Shown here: one piece after another, positions 12,001 to 17,949 of the stretch | Layout of the letters: each line of letters starts with the position of its first letter | How positions within the stretch are numbered: the first letter of the stretch is position 1 | DNA from: Pseudomonas phage Itty13 | Length of the DNA stretch: 61,818 nucleotides | Direction: 5' to 3' (one strand) | Sequence record: MW460249.1 | Translations under genes and position numbers: made by a program | The notes under the pieces: model-generated | What the model was told of the DNA's origin: nothing | Databases searched by the model: none | Seen by the model: only the letters and a program-made list of their open reading frames with translations

Positions 12001-12328
12001 ACTGAGCCGGATCGTAGGGGTTGATGCCGAGGCTGGCGGCAGTGCTGTCGAGATACTGCATCAAGCCCTTGGCGCGGCCCCACTTGGTAGGCTGGCCGAG
12101 CGCGCGCGGGTTGAAGCGCGACTCCTGATCGCCGAGCGCGAGCAGGACGTTGACCGGGACGTTGTACTTGACCGCCGACTGCTCGAACAGCGGCATAAGA
12201 TCGGTGGGAGCCGAGGAGGCGGAAGCCGCTGGCTGCCGCTCCGTAGCGTTGAACTGGAAGTCCGGCAGGCCTGCGGACGGAGCTTCGGACAATACCTTTT
12301 CGAGCGGCGACAGCGGTGCTTTTGCCAC
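1..12328 (-). CDS. Giant multidomain virion/ejection protein (SLT lytic transglycosylase - Gly-rich hydrophobic - Pro/Gln linkers - ParB-like nuclease - N6-adenine MTase - DEAH/SNF2 helicase; DarB-like). 3' end lies beyond the window start.
   Basis: Minus strand. GTG start at ~12328 with RBS AGGAAAG, immediately after the stop of the upstream gene. No complete minus-strand ORF is listed in this frame class (coordinate mod 3 = 1) anywhere in 1..12340, so the frame is open for more than 4100 codons. My own translation shows: SLT motif (YNVPVNVLLALGDQESRFNP...GLMQY); ParB-like (AILVSSDGHVLDGHHQWLAKRDAGEDVRIIRL) at ~8780-9060; MTase motif I VLEPSVGAGNFFG (~6560-6600) and motif IV NPPFG (~6385-6400); helicase Walker A HVVGAGKTFTMVAG (~4520-4545), DEAH (VDEAHEFKN, ~4040-4060), motif III FATGTPISN (~3885-3900), motif VI QREGRIIRQGN (~2840-2875). 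The plus-strand ORFs 161..4849, 5006..8467 and 8483..11419 are the antisense shadow. Confidence 0.8.
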   Translation of the reverse strand, partial: MAKAPLSPLEKVLSEAPSAGLPDFQFNATERQPAASASSAPTDLMPLFEQSAVKYNVPVNVLLALGDQESRFNPRALGQPTKWGRAKGLMQYLDSTAASLGINPYDPAQSIDAAARQIRERLDKGYSMEDAVKEHFAGPDRRQWGPKTARYGEEVMEKVAKWGGQFTPTGTAGAGAPANPDQPQAVAQLQKMLDEEEPGRYTALTPDQVERYQRRAAMMQGDALAATQPFVQVSAPSPLTIENQQRQQQQQAEAQPSPLTLENQNRLAAGLPPKDTREYQGFLEATGASLANVPERFQQSIAGLIQMAGEDLGLERERFIADRARQYGITPGDMKLLAWAGNEKLIDPKTPIPEALRTVKQNIAQSLNEQQLKQLDAAGIINPKEISAFARDWREQTKKTMVEVRPEPESMAYYGSAAIGSLAEMAPMLAAAVVTRNPRIATAIMGGQVGGQAYATGRENGLSEEQAQTYALLTAAAEAAPEALVLGRLLKPGAGIMKKALEGTVLEGAQEAVTAALQAGIDKGYISPDMTLKEALVQVRDSAIIGAMTGGALGGTFAGAEKLTSRKPAEQRERIEPTVSEDGATPAAQPAATTPAAQAETTPAAEAPQEVQAAPPAPQPEPQPAPQPAPQPAPQPAPSGPLGRALQSAQPGRADESAADGRRVALVAEGVDPITGAVVSETPEGMMIRGDDGQSYQITADEVASGAVTVVPEEQAAAAQQAAQPAPVEEPAAPAQEQQPAQPAEEPAPAQAEQAAEQPQLFGETEQVAEPAPEERKPARTYEEMDEPELRERLKYLAGQARNAGGWNKTLIQERRKVEAAIEAKKAQAAPVEEQPAQPEQQASPEVKAEQPVEQAPVKWFGSREKADAFIAKKKLADSHEVVEAGRSRFEIREKAPQDGWEAVPGFTDRSRKEVMEAVVDMRKFNPGLEFRTKAVDGKLIIQKRKAPAEQEPAAQAPTAQQEQPKTSGHINRARKLIGAEVGDTIVPSADVGYASGGKPYVIERIEKNGEVVVRNAETNSRTNLSRAELERASRAGVTYAKQQTQDEAGGDMRGQDIDGEWSAFAPDSGTLSVPRAEMPQIKAEHRGAMVNFLNARGIAHEEQTVPADSLKPTQAEFSPEKVAQAKEFTGGDRAILVSSDGHVLDGHHQWLAKRDAGEDVRIIRLDAPIRDLLPAVAEFPSATLDNGATSAAPSVSESETRAPEAQHTGPFGPIHDQYRHNAQAAIERLMADKTGEATAALHHPDVGDIDLVWGEAPGNGKEGMGLAKIAAKHPEVLGDLQGFISRLSKDDTQAGKNRIRLRDKSGTAIVRLTWDGDAKTWLLTAYEVKDAGSDARTDTATTKLADDTASRETGAPENIGTAATEGKAPADIFADNKLFTADKVAAARARLKSKMSQLNSGIDPEVLIDGMTIAGAYIEAGVRSFGQYAKLMTDDFGDKIKPYLLSFWEGARNYPGLDTEGMTSVEDSAREHAELNRELPKEEARALGSEVKKPRKRTVKTGAASDRTLTQDFGVDHIDGYTDEGEKAKEAFLKDATSYLRAVADVLQPNGFMPHEDKKGRLEKPVSKNEAGIAVSGDVSLTMRNPETGANAYVTIGGGSLRGVVPTTPSGVQVMFRVSGKAGDRFATSATNRWAPVDLSAADLAAMIMQEASGISPEMRRPAMEITNEPEQLDQPSTGALEGAPAESVQGAASQEPARERPARSGGADARGNERAGSGRDDDARGLGSDEGAVPVPAAGADRSGRGGDRSAVQRGDAGNPARSRGRGDREPRGVTPSRGVVAEQRPANYTITEADEIGQGGAKTKYRNNVAAIRLLKQLEAEGRAATADEQAILAKYVGWGGIPQAFERSDGSASKGWDSEVGELKGLLTADEYRAAASSSKNAHYTAPEIVRAMWGAVSRLGFNGGRVLEPSVGAGNFFGLMPHELRKAAALNGVELDHITSGIATQLYPEAKIARMGYQDYLIPDGYFDVAIGNPPFGRESLYDGRRKDLSGFSIHNYFFAKSLDGLRPGGVLAMVVTNRMMDVPGDKARRYMADRADFLGAIRLPNDAFMANAGTSVTTDIIFMRRRAEGEQPAGESWMEVRDYTDKDGNTVPLNEYFHRHPEMMLGDFGAYGSMYRDGEPALVAREGQDTQAELARAIDRLPEGVMTQAAAVKPETAETVRAENVRVGSMFLDGDTVKVRGEDVLGENTAEAVTFPNEKARERVVGMIGIRDVLARLRGLQLDPSATDKRIEAARKELNAAYDAFVKANGPINLDANKRLFRDDPTWPQLSALEDNFDKGLSAAMAKKTGEEARKPSAQKAAIFSKRTQQPYQAPTSAASAKDALVASLAETGRVDLDLMSELYGKSPDTIVKELGDLVYQDPVKGYVTRDEYLSGNVKAKLAKAREAAKSDPAFAANVEALEGVQPADIEAVDINVKPGAPWVPQEVMAEFANHVAEGSRARAIYNPATAKWSFLNVDATTAADQRFATGRVTLTGILEAAANQKTLQVYDSHPDGSRTLNEGETQLANDKVNAVKEAWDRWVWADDARRERLGRIYNDTYNTNVARDYDGSHLTFPGKVGDDIISLRPHQGNAVWRIVQADTTLLDHVVGAGKTFTMVAGAMELRRMGLAKKPMFVVPNHLVSQWAADFTKLYPGANVLAATKKDFEKENRKRLFARIATGDWDAVIVAHTSFGKVEVEPHEQAAFIQEQVDDLDASIELMRQVDGKNSRNVKETQKRRDALQEKLKKLIDADNKDDSLYWGELGVDALFVDEAHEFKNLAFSTSMNRVAGLGTQTGSQKAADLFLKVRQVLKATGGRNVVFATGTPISNTMAEMYTMQRYLDYVNLKGQGLSHFDAWARMFGEVVTDWELSPSGKYKMNSRFAKFVNMPELMQRYGSFADVVNRADINRMLAAQGKKLPVPKVRGGKPENVVVPRSQDQANYIGEPIKDADGNDTDDYPRGTLVWRSENLPKKAEKGSDNMLKIMGDARKAALDMRLIDPSYPDYEGSKVNVAAGNMRALYDKFHEDRGTQLVFIDLSTPKNARSAEAERLRDLARRADEGDEDAAAELDKVSPDELMALDSDFSVYDDLKQKLIAKGIPADEIAFIHDAKTDLQKEELFGKVRSGRVRFLFGSTAKMGAGTNVQDRLVALHHMDAPWRPSDLEQREGRIIRQGNKLYERDPEGFEVAIFRYATKQTLDSRMWQTIEGKANFIEQVRKGASGTREIEDVAGEAANAAEMKAAASGNPLILEEMSLRQKIRKLENERMNHEREQFRLRDSVRSAKRSIERADRLLDELRADAKRELPKEFVITINGKEFDKRKDAGEAILAQAAKMEANGTEEAEIGRYGDFTIRLERITKERYEAQVVGDGTYTAAFELDTDPLGLSMRVTNTVKDLGGAIEQVEQRKARAQADIPKLEEQAADWAKRDELAQAKTRHNDVLGQLKPKKKETPPQQPDVKASVADQLQRALNDGARVDAVVDGERFSVQPDGMYELIRSDAIDLRTPAEIASMPVADARARVFDDLLAKRGISMQHQKLGAINFNRAGITKSRANSNDPAKVKSIPMLDRIVEGAPYLGRREADGVTYHYLGRRIRVDGEPITTMVTLRETSDGRITYYNHTMLNDVRTIMVEPDDPSVNDRYYRRPDLRYELMSLSAPASPERIRDVLTSGPLGAQLQKLMDAGRLVVHADASTVPGASVPGMQAKTYDDGSVHMVAANVTPQNALAVLLHEMFHSGARPLVGTRRWAQLMVRLEQLYKQFEKSNGRARQFFDAARARVETAQRYLPMSDVLAVEEFGAYAIEEYESAPAAVRRWVDDVIGAIKDFLFRTFGVQLGQVTPAQLRAMALAAIRSEAQAPGASSMDGERYSIASLPENAPSDTEVEGWFSRKLTDAMAGPRSGGRWSVLALAPMDRMVEELAGGNQPAQEYLNLKRDMDAYRSKKHQQFDTIAQRWLKLIAFDRKGAQEMADIMHEATLAQTDPAEPFKTSITKADEQVMQYRPNSEAAMEAFAKKAADEQRREAHKALAERFRKLSPELQAQYREVRDAYKQMTEELDTILMENLGQALDIAGRKAERQYEKDMQEIRDDGLTGDARKEAEAAALKKYNTAMSKQRWNKR
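7000..7323 (-). CDS. Embedded or overprinted 107-aa ORF in an alternate frame inside the linker of the giant gene (hypothetical acidic helical protein)
   Basis: ATG with RBS GGAG 7 nt upstream. The product (MNLNSWISQAREHWKEHLPNRYKELQAKNQ...) has normal protein composition and GC3 of about 88%. Over the same 320 nt the giant-gene frame has GC3 of about 45% and translates to G/R/D/A-rich low complexity. The ORF is bounded by an upstream stop 21 codons before the ATG and by TAA at 7000. Confidence 0.45.
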   Translation of the reverse strand: MNLNSWISQAREHWKEHLPNRYKELQAKNQLGNALREAAERTHAEMSELEAAGMTTHEAWEATRELYLFPPQEQTEADEAATGALFNEAMQVIQPDPEDGVIESRAA

Positions 12329-12337
12329 GGGCTTTCC

Positions 12338-13570
12338 TCAACGATAAATCAGGGAGTTCGTCTTGTTGTCCCACACTGGGATGCCACGGCCGGATTGTAC
12401 CGGAGCGGCAGCGGCCGGCGCACCACTGGGCGCGCTTCCAGGCGATCCGCCGCGCTTCGACAGCAGCTCGTCCTGCATCTTCATGACATCGTAGGCGCGG
12501 CGGACCTTCTCGTCGTCCGACAGGTCTTGGAAGTCGAGGCTCTTGTTCAGCGTCTCCAGAATGGAGTTCAGCCGGTTCTGCGGCGACATCTGCTGCGCCT
12601 CGATGCCGACCAGTCGCGGCGCCTGGGCGCGGATGAAGTCGTCGCTGTAGCCCTGAGACTTCAGCCATGCGCTGACCGCTTCGGCATCGCGTACCTTGGT
12701 GCTGGCGGCGCCGGTGCGCAGCTTCTCCGCTTCCTCGGCGCGGCGCAGGTTCGATGCGTTGCCCTGGGCCTCCAGGCGGTAGGCTTGGTCGAGGCTCTTG
12801 CCCTGGATGTCGCGCTGGAACTTGCGGTTCTCCTTCGCCAGCTCGGCGCGCGCGGCCTGGGCCTGCTTCAACTGATCGACGCCGTAGGACAGTACCTCGG
12901 CCGGCGACAGAGCGTTCAGGCCGAGGCGTGCCACGTCCTCGCCGTCGTAGGTCTGCTCGGTGACTTTGCCCTTCGGGTCCTTGAACTTGATCTTGTAGCC
13001 CAGCAGGTTGCCCTTATCGTCCTTCACATCGTCGATGCTCACGGCTTCCATGCCGTCTTGGAAATAGCCCTGCTGGTTGTAGGCGGCCATCAGGTTCTTC
13101 TTGAACGCCTCGCGGTCGCCCGTCTGGAACGCGCGCACGGCGCCGGCCCATGCCTTGACGCCCTTCTGCACGTTCTGATCCTGCATCCACTTTTCCAGCG
13201 CCTGGGCCTTCTCCACATCGCCGGTCTGCATCCAGTGCTCTTGGTACTTCGGGAGCACCGACTTGGCGTAGTAGTCCATGAAGGAGCCGACCTGTTTTTC
13301 GGCGGCTGCGCGCGCGTCACCCTCGCTCGCGTAGCTCTGGCCGCCTACCTCGTAGGTCGGCACGGTGACACCGTTCTCGGACCTGCTGCCGACGTTGATC
13401 GACCGGCCGATGTCAGCCTCGCGCGCGGCCTTCGCCGCATCGGTGCCCTGGGTGGCGATGTCGCGCAGCGCCTTGCGGTCGCGCGCCTTCTGGATCGTGT
13501 CGTAGGCCTGCACGCCCTGGTTCAAGCCGGCCATGAACGCGCCGACGCCGATACCGAAATTGCCTGCCAT
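12338..13570 (-). CDS. Internal virion protein (410 aa from ATG 13570; track ORF extends to GTG 13630)
   Basis: Long minus ORF with protein-like composition (MAGNFGIGVGAFMAGLNQ...). Its stop overlaps the RBS/start of the giant gene. Position between ejection-type proteins supports an internal virion role. Confidence 0.65.
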   Translation of the reverse strand: MAGNFGIGVGAFMAGLNQGVQAYDTIQKARDRKALRDIATQGTDAAKAAREADIGRSINVGSRSENGVTVPTYEVGGQSYASEGDARAAAEKQVGSFMDYYAKSVLPKYQEHWMQTGDVEKAQALEKWMQDQNVQKGVKAWAGAVRAFQTGDREAFKKNLMAAYNQQGYFQDGMEAVSIDDVKDDKGNLLGYKIKFKDPKGKVTEQTYDGEDVARLGLNALSPAEVLSYGVDQLKQAQAARAELAKENRKFQRDIQGKSLDQAYRLEAQGNASNLRRAEEAEKLRTGAASTKVRDAEAVSAWLKSQGYSDDFIRAQAPRLVGIEAQQMSPQNRLNSILETLNKSLDFQDLSDDEKVRRAYDVMKMQDELLSKRGGSPGSAPSGAPAAAAPVQSGRGIPVWDNKTNSLIYR

Positions 13571-13841
13571 CTTCAGGCCCCCGTATCCGAGTTGATGATG
13601 CCGCCGAGGATGTTCGCCAGCGCGCTCCACGACCCGTCGCCGCTGTTCGCCGGCGCGGGTGCGGCGATTTCAGCCGATCCGACATCGCCGCCGACGAGGT
13701 TCTGACCGATGCCAAAGCCGACCGACTTCTGATCGCCGGTCGCGGCCGCTGCCGGTGCATCCTTCTTCTTGCCGTTCTTGAAAGACTTGCCGAGGGCCAT
13801 GCCGCCGGCGAGCCCCTGCGCGAACGCTCCAAGCCCTACGC

Positions 13842-15323
13842 TCATGCTTGCGCCCTCCGTTCCGATCTCCGCGCCTGCGGCCGCTTGCCGATGCTGCGCG
13901 CCAGCTTCTCGACCTTCTGGTCCAGCTCCTGCACGGCCTTCATGTTCACGCCCACGGCGTCGATCAGGTTGATGGTCTTGCCGTCGCCCATGCCGGTGGC
14001 CGCCTGGAAGTCTTCGGCGTAGGGGCCGATGTGGCGGCCCTCGTCGGCGACGCCTTCCTTGTAGCTCCACTCCTCGACGGGCATGGCGTTGACGGCATCC
14101 AGCGCGCCCTCGACAGGTGCCTTGTCCTCCTTCAGCTCCTTCGAGGAGAACGCCATCATGCCGAGGCCGGCGACGGTGCCGAGGCCGCTCCACAGGCCGG
14201 CGGTACCCTGGGCGTTCGCCTGCTGCTGCGCGTTCCAGGCGTTGAGCTGGTTCGCATACTGCTGGTTCAGGATGCTGGCCTGACTGCCGTAACCCTGCAT
14301 CGCGCCGCCGAAGCCGCTGGTCATGATGCCCAGGCCGTTCTGCCATGCCGAGTTGGCGCCGAGCTTGTTGCCCATGGCAGCGGAGCCTGCATTGACGCCG
14401 AGGCCGAGGCCTTGGTAGCCGCCGCCCTGGTTGCCCATGCCGAGCTGCGCGGCGGTATTGCCGATGCCGGACGCGGCGAGGCCCATGTTCTTGGCTTGCA
14501 GTGCCTGCTGGGTGCCGGACTGGTTCGCAGTGTGCGCAGCGGAGGTCGCCTGCATGCCGAGGCCCTGCGCCTGCTGTCCCATCTGCGCGACGTTCTGGCC
14601 GATGCCGACAGCCTGACCGCGCAGCGCCAGCCCCTGCTGGCGAACGGTGTCGCGCGCTTGGTTCTGCGCGCCGGCGGCCGCAAGCGCGGTGTTCAGGTTG
14701 CTGGCGCGGTTGGAGGCGCCGAACCGGCCGGAGTTCGGGTTGACGCCCATGGCGGACATCTGGCGCTGGCTCTGCTGCTGCGCGGCGGCAGCGTTCCCCA
14801 CCACGTCCGCCTTCGCCTGGGCCGCCATCTGGTTCTGCCGATCGGCACTGTCCCAGGTCATCGCGTCTTGCGCGAAGCGGTCCTCGACGGGCTGGAACGT
14901 GTCGCGGTAGCGGTCCTGCTGCTCCTTGGCGAACGCGAATTGATCGGAGGCCTGCTTGTTGAAGGCTTCCTCGTAGCCCTTGCCGGTGCTGATCGCATCC
15001 TTTGCGATCTGGTTCAGCTCGTCGCGGGTCTTCTGGCCGGTGGCGCGATCCTGCTCGGCCCACTGGTCGTACTTGTTGCGGTATCCCTGCTGGATTTCCC
15101 GGTCTTCAGCAGCCCATTTGCTGGCCTGATCCTGCGCGGCGAGCTGCTGCTCGGTCACGCGCTTGGCAAGATCGTCGATGCCCTGCTGGCGCTCGTTCGC
15201 CACGCCGAACTGTTCCCTGGCGAAGTCCAGCCATTGGCCGGCGATCTCCGCCTGCTTCATCGCCGCGAGCCCGATATTCGGGTCCGGCGCCGGGGCTTTG
15301 CTCTTTCCCTTACCGCCGCCCAT
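13842..15323 (-). CDS. Q/N/G/A-rich internal virion / injection protein with C-terminal S74-type intramolecular chaperone domain
   Basis: 493 aa. The low-complexity Q/N/G-rich body is typical of ejection proteins. The C-terminal ~90 aa (SSKELKEDKAPVEGALDAVNAMPVEEWSYKEG...HIGPYAEDF...INLIDAVGVNMKAVQELDQKVEKLA) parallels the C-terminus of the tail fibre at 18628..19764. Confidence 0.65.
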   Translation of the reverse strand: MGGGKGKSKAPAPDPNIGLAAMKQAEIAGQWLDFAREQFGVANERQQGIDDLAKRVTEQQLAAQDQASKWAAEDREIQQGYRNKYDQWAEQDRATGQKTRDELNQIAKDAISTGKGYEEAFNKQASDQFAFAKEQQDRYRDTFQPVEDRFAQDAMTWDSADRQNQMAAQAKADVVGNAAAAQQQSQRQMSAMGVNPNSGRFGASNRASNLNTALAAAGAQNQARDTVRQQGLALRGQAVGIGQNVAQMGQQAQGLGMQATSAAHTANQSGTQQALQAKNMGLAASGIGNTAAQLGMGNQGGGYQGLGLGVNAGSAAMGNKLGANSAWQNGLGIMTSGFGGAMQGYGSQASILNQQYANQLNAWNAQQQANAQGTAGLWSGLGTVAGLGMMAFSSKELKEDKAPVEGALDAVNAMPVEEWSYKEGVADEGRHIGPYAEDFQAATGMGDGKTINLIDAVGVNMKAVQELDQKVEKLARSIGKRPQARRSERRAQA

Positions 15324-15747
15324 CGTTCGATACCTCCGGTAGCCAAGTGCAGTCGCGCCGGAGCATGCCGAGCACGATCAGGTCGTCGTCGCCCATGGCC
15401 TCAACCATGGTCCCCTCGGGCTTGAATCCGAGCCACATGTCGAGCTTGAGCGCGGCCTTGTTCTTGGCCGGCACCAGGGCGGTTACTCGGTTGAGACCGA
15501 GTTGAATGAAGGGGTAGGAGAAGGCTGCGGCGAGGAAGCCGCGCGTACACCAGCGCCGGCCGCCATCGCTGACGACGTGCATGTTGCACATGTGGTCTGT
15601 GAAGTTGTTGTACAGAGTTACGACCACAAGCCGGCCGTCGATCTCCATCCCCAGGGTGTGAGTGTCGCCGTCCACGGCGGCATCAGGATAGTGCTCGATT
15701 GCCCAGTCCTTCAGCCGTTCCGGGTCGTTGTAGATGATCCGCGCCAT
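15310..15747 (-). CDS. GNAT-like acetyltransferase-fold protein (145 aa)
   Basis: The ORF track extends to 15771; I take the ATG at 15747, which has an RBS. The motif ...LGFKPEG... and overall pattern resemble the GNAT fold. An operator-motif copy sits immediately upstream. Confidence 0.45.
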   Translation of the reverse strand: MARIIYNDPERLKDWAIEHYPDAAVDGDTHTLGMEIDGRLVVVTLYNNFTDHMCNMHVVSDGGRRWCTRGFLAAAFSYPFIQLGLNRVTALVPAKNKAALKLDMWLGFKPEGTMVEAMGDDDLIVLGMLRRDCTWLPEVSNDGRR

Positions 15748-15759
15748 AGCATCACCGTT

Positions 15760-15803
15760 TGCCGAATGCAAACAGTCTATGCGAAAGCGAAACAGCGGGC
15801 CAG
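15760..15803. promoter_or_regulatory. Operator motif pair (GTTTGCCGAATGCAAACAG and TGCGAAAGCGAAACAGCGG)
   Basis: Palindromic TTTGC-N5-GCAAAC element abutting the RBS of the GNAT-like gene. Confidence 0.45.
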
Positions 15804-16151
15804 CTATTTGCGGGCGAGGTCGGCCAGCGCGACGATAAGGGAGTTGTAGGCGTCTACCAGGGCGTTGAACTCGTCCATCGAAGGCGCGGCGGAGGCTCGC
15901 GGGATGCGTTTGAAGTTCAGCAGCAGCTCGCCCCGCCGAAGGGCGCTATCGCGGCGCTGATCCCCGCGCTCGCCGAGGAGGACCTGCAACTTCTCCAGCA
16001 GCAGCGCCTGCTCGCGAGCCCGCTGATTCAGGATGCGCTCGACGAGGGTTGTTATCTGCCGCTCGACCGCCAAAGTTAAACCGGCGGACCCTTGCGTCCG
16101 CCTGGACTCCTGGGCGCGCGCCCGCGCCGACTCGCTTCCGCCTCTCGCCAT
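15804..16151 (-). CDS. Hypothetical coiled-coil protein (115 aa)
   Basis: ATG with RBS GAGGT. High GC3. Lies in the minus-strand operon between the tail protein and the GNAT-like gene. Confidence 0.5.
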   Translation of the reverse strand: MARGGSESARARAQESRRTQGSAGLTLAVERQITTLVERILNQRAREQALLLEKLQVLLGERGDQRRDSALRRGELLLNFKRIPRASAAPSMDEFNALVDAYNSLIVALADLARK

Positions 16152-16158
16152 ACCTACC

Positions 16159-17910
16159 TCACGCCTGCGCCAGCTCTGCGCCCGTTCCGGCGATGAGCAC
16201 CTGGGTCACTGTCATGTCGCCCGTTACCTCCACTTCCCATTGCTGGGCCTTGAAGCCGGCCGGCAGCCGATCCATGCGGTTGACCCTGCTGATCGAGGCC
16301 ACCAGCTTCTTGTCGGCATAGACGTTGACCGAGCAGGTCTGGCTGACACTGGGGACGGGCTTCAGCTTGTCGCCGTTCACGGGATACACGTTGATGGCCG
16401 CCGCGTTCAGCGCGCCATCCAGAATGCCGGCGTTGAAGATCGCCTCGTTCTCCTGGCGAATTTTCTCGGCCTGCTCCTCAAGGGCGGCAAGCTCGTCGTC
16501 CGTGAGCTGCACTTCGGCCTCGATCAGGATCGCGCCCATGTTCAGCGGCTTGGGCAGGATGAAGGGCTTCGAGCGCCACGCCTGGATCTCGTTCGCCTCT
16601 CCCAGGGCGTCCCACTCGTACACGTCCGGCCCGATGATGTAGTAGAGCCGGCTTTCCGTGATGTCGTAGTAGAACGCCGTGGGGTATACGCCCGTGCGGG
16701 AGACGAACCCCTCACGCCCAGCCATGTCGAGGATGATGCTGCCGCGATATTCCTGGCTGCTGGAATCGGCGAAGCGGTAGGCGGCGAGGTATCGCCCGTC
16801 GTGCTGGCCGGAGATAATCGTCGCCGGGCTGAGCCTCTGCCATGCCTCGCGCGTGAAAAGCTCCTCGGTCGCCACGCGCACGCCGCCGGAGGATGCCAGC
16901 ACCAGCCCGTCGTTCGACGGATAGGCGATGGCATAGCCGAGGTCTTGGATGCCCTTGGCGTTGATGCACGGCAGGTTGAACTCCAGCTTCTCGGACTGCA
17001 TGTTCTCCGGCGCGGTGCCACTGACGATGTACGGGTTGCCCTTGGTCATCACCACGACGGTAGTGCCATAGGCGCCCAGGCCCACGATGTCATAGTCCAT
17101 CGTCAGGACGTACATCTCGGGCCACGCATGGGGCTGCCATGGCTCGCAGAAGTACAGGTCCTTGCCCATGAAGGCGGCCATCATGCCGTTGGGCAGCGCG
17201 ATCAGCCCGCGCAGGCCGTCCGGCGGCGCGTTGTAGTCCAGCGACGGAAGCGGCTCCTGAATGGCGGTGGACGGCAGGTTGTCGATGAAGTTCGCAGCGC
17301 TGACATCGCGCTCGGCGATGAAATAGAACTGCGTGCCGCTGGTGCTGGACTGGGAGCGGTAAATGCGCTGCTTCGTGATGTTCCGGCCGGCTGGCGCCGC
17401 CTGGAAGCCGCTGAGGGTCACGGTCTGCCCAGGGCTCCACTCGACCTCATTGCTGGCCGGGCACGGCTCCGACTCCTCGCCGAAGTCGGTCACGAACGTA
17501 TAGACGTAGAGGCGGGTTTCGCTGAGGTTCGGGCTAGTCGGCGTGCCGGACACGGCAGCGGTCAATGCCGCCGTTGGGCGCGGCACCGCGAGATTGTAGA
17601 CCGTGCCGTTGACGCGCATCTTGGGCGCGCCGTCGCCGGTGTAGTACAGGCGATCCTGGGCGACCGGGCCGGGCGCTGCATGCACCAGCCCTTGCCACGC
17701 AAGCCACTCGGTTCCGTGCTTGTAGATCGTGCCGTACCCGTTCGCTGGCGCCGTGCCGAAGCTATAGCGAAAGCGCGAACGCCTGATCGGCCGAAGATCG
17801 CCGCTCGTCAGGCGCGTATTGAACGCGCTCTGCGCTGCGTTCTCCGGCAGCAGGCGCGCGCTCAACTTGGGAACTTCGCCTGTGAAGCCGATCAGCTTGA
17901 TGATTGCCAT
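16159..17910 (-). CDS. Tail protein (583 aa; tail spike / tubular-type structural protein)
   Basis: Long ORF, protein-like, in the tail module downstream of the fibre genes. Confidence 0.7.
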   Translation of the reverse strand: MAIIKLIGFTGEVPKLSARLLPENAAQSAFNTRLTSGDLRPIRRSRFRYSFGTAPANGYGTIYKHGTEWLAWQGLVHAAPGPVAQDRLYYTGDGAPKMRVNGTVYNLAVPRPTAALTAAVSGTPTSPNLSETRLYVYTFVTDFGEESEPCPASNEVEWSPGQTVTLSGFQAAPAGRNITKQRIYRSQSSTSGTQFYFIAERDVSAANFIDNLPSTAIQEPLPSLDYNAPPDGLRGLIALPNGMMAAFMGKDLYFCEPWQPHAWPEMYVLTMDYDIVGLGAYGTTVVVMTKGNPYIVSGTAPENMQSEKLEFNLPCINAKGIQDLGYAIAYPSNDGLVLASSGGVRVATEELFTREAWQRLSPATIISGQHDGRYLAAYRFADSSSQEYRGSIILDMAGREGFVSRTGVYPTAFYYDITESRLYYIIGPDVYEWDALGEANEIQAWRSKPFILPKPLNMGAILIEAEVQLTDDELAALEEQAEKIRQENEAIFNAGILDGALNAAAINVYPVNGDKLKPVPSVSQTCSVNVYADKKLVASISRVNRMDRLPAGFKAQQWEVEVTGDMTVTQVLIAGTGAELAQA

Positions 17911-17949
17911 TGCTTTCCAGCCCTCTTGACTTTCCGCATTCTAGCTCTC

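Noticed and set aside
4731-15063. Minus-strand ORFs 4731..5513, 8592..9629, 11364..12668 and 13573..15063
   Set aside because: Their products are R/P/G-rich junk. They are out-of-frame overlaps of the giant gene or of the 493-aa virion protein gene.
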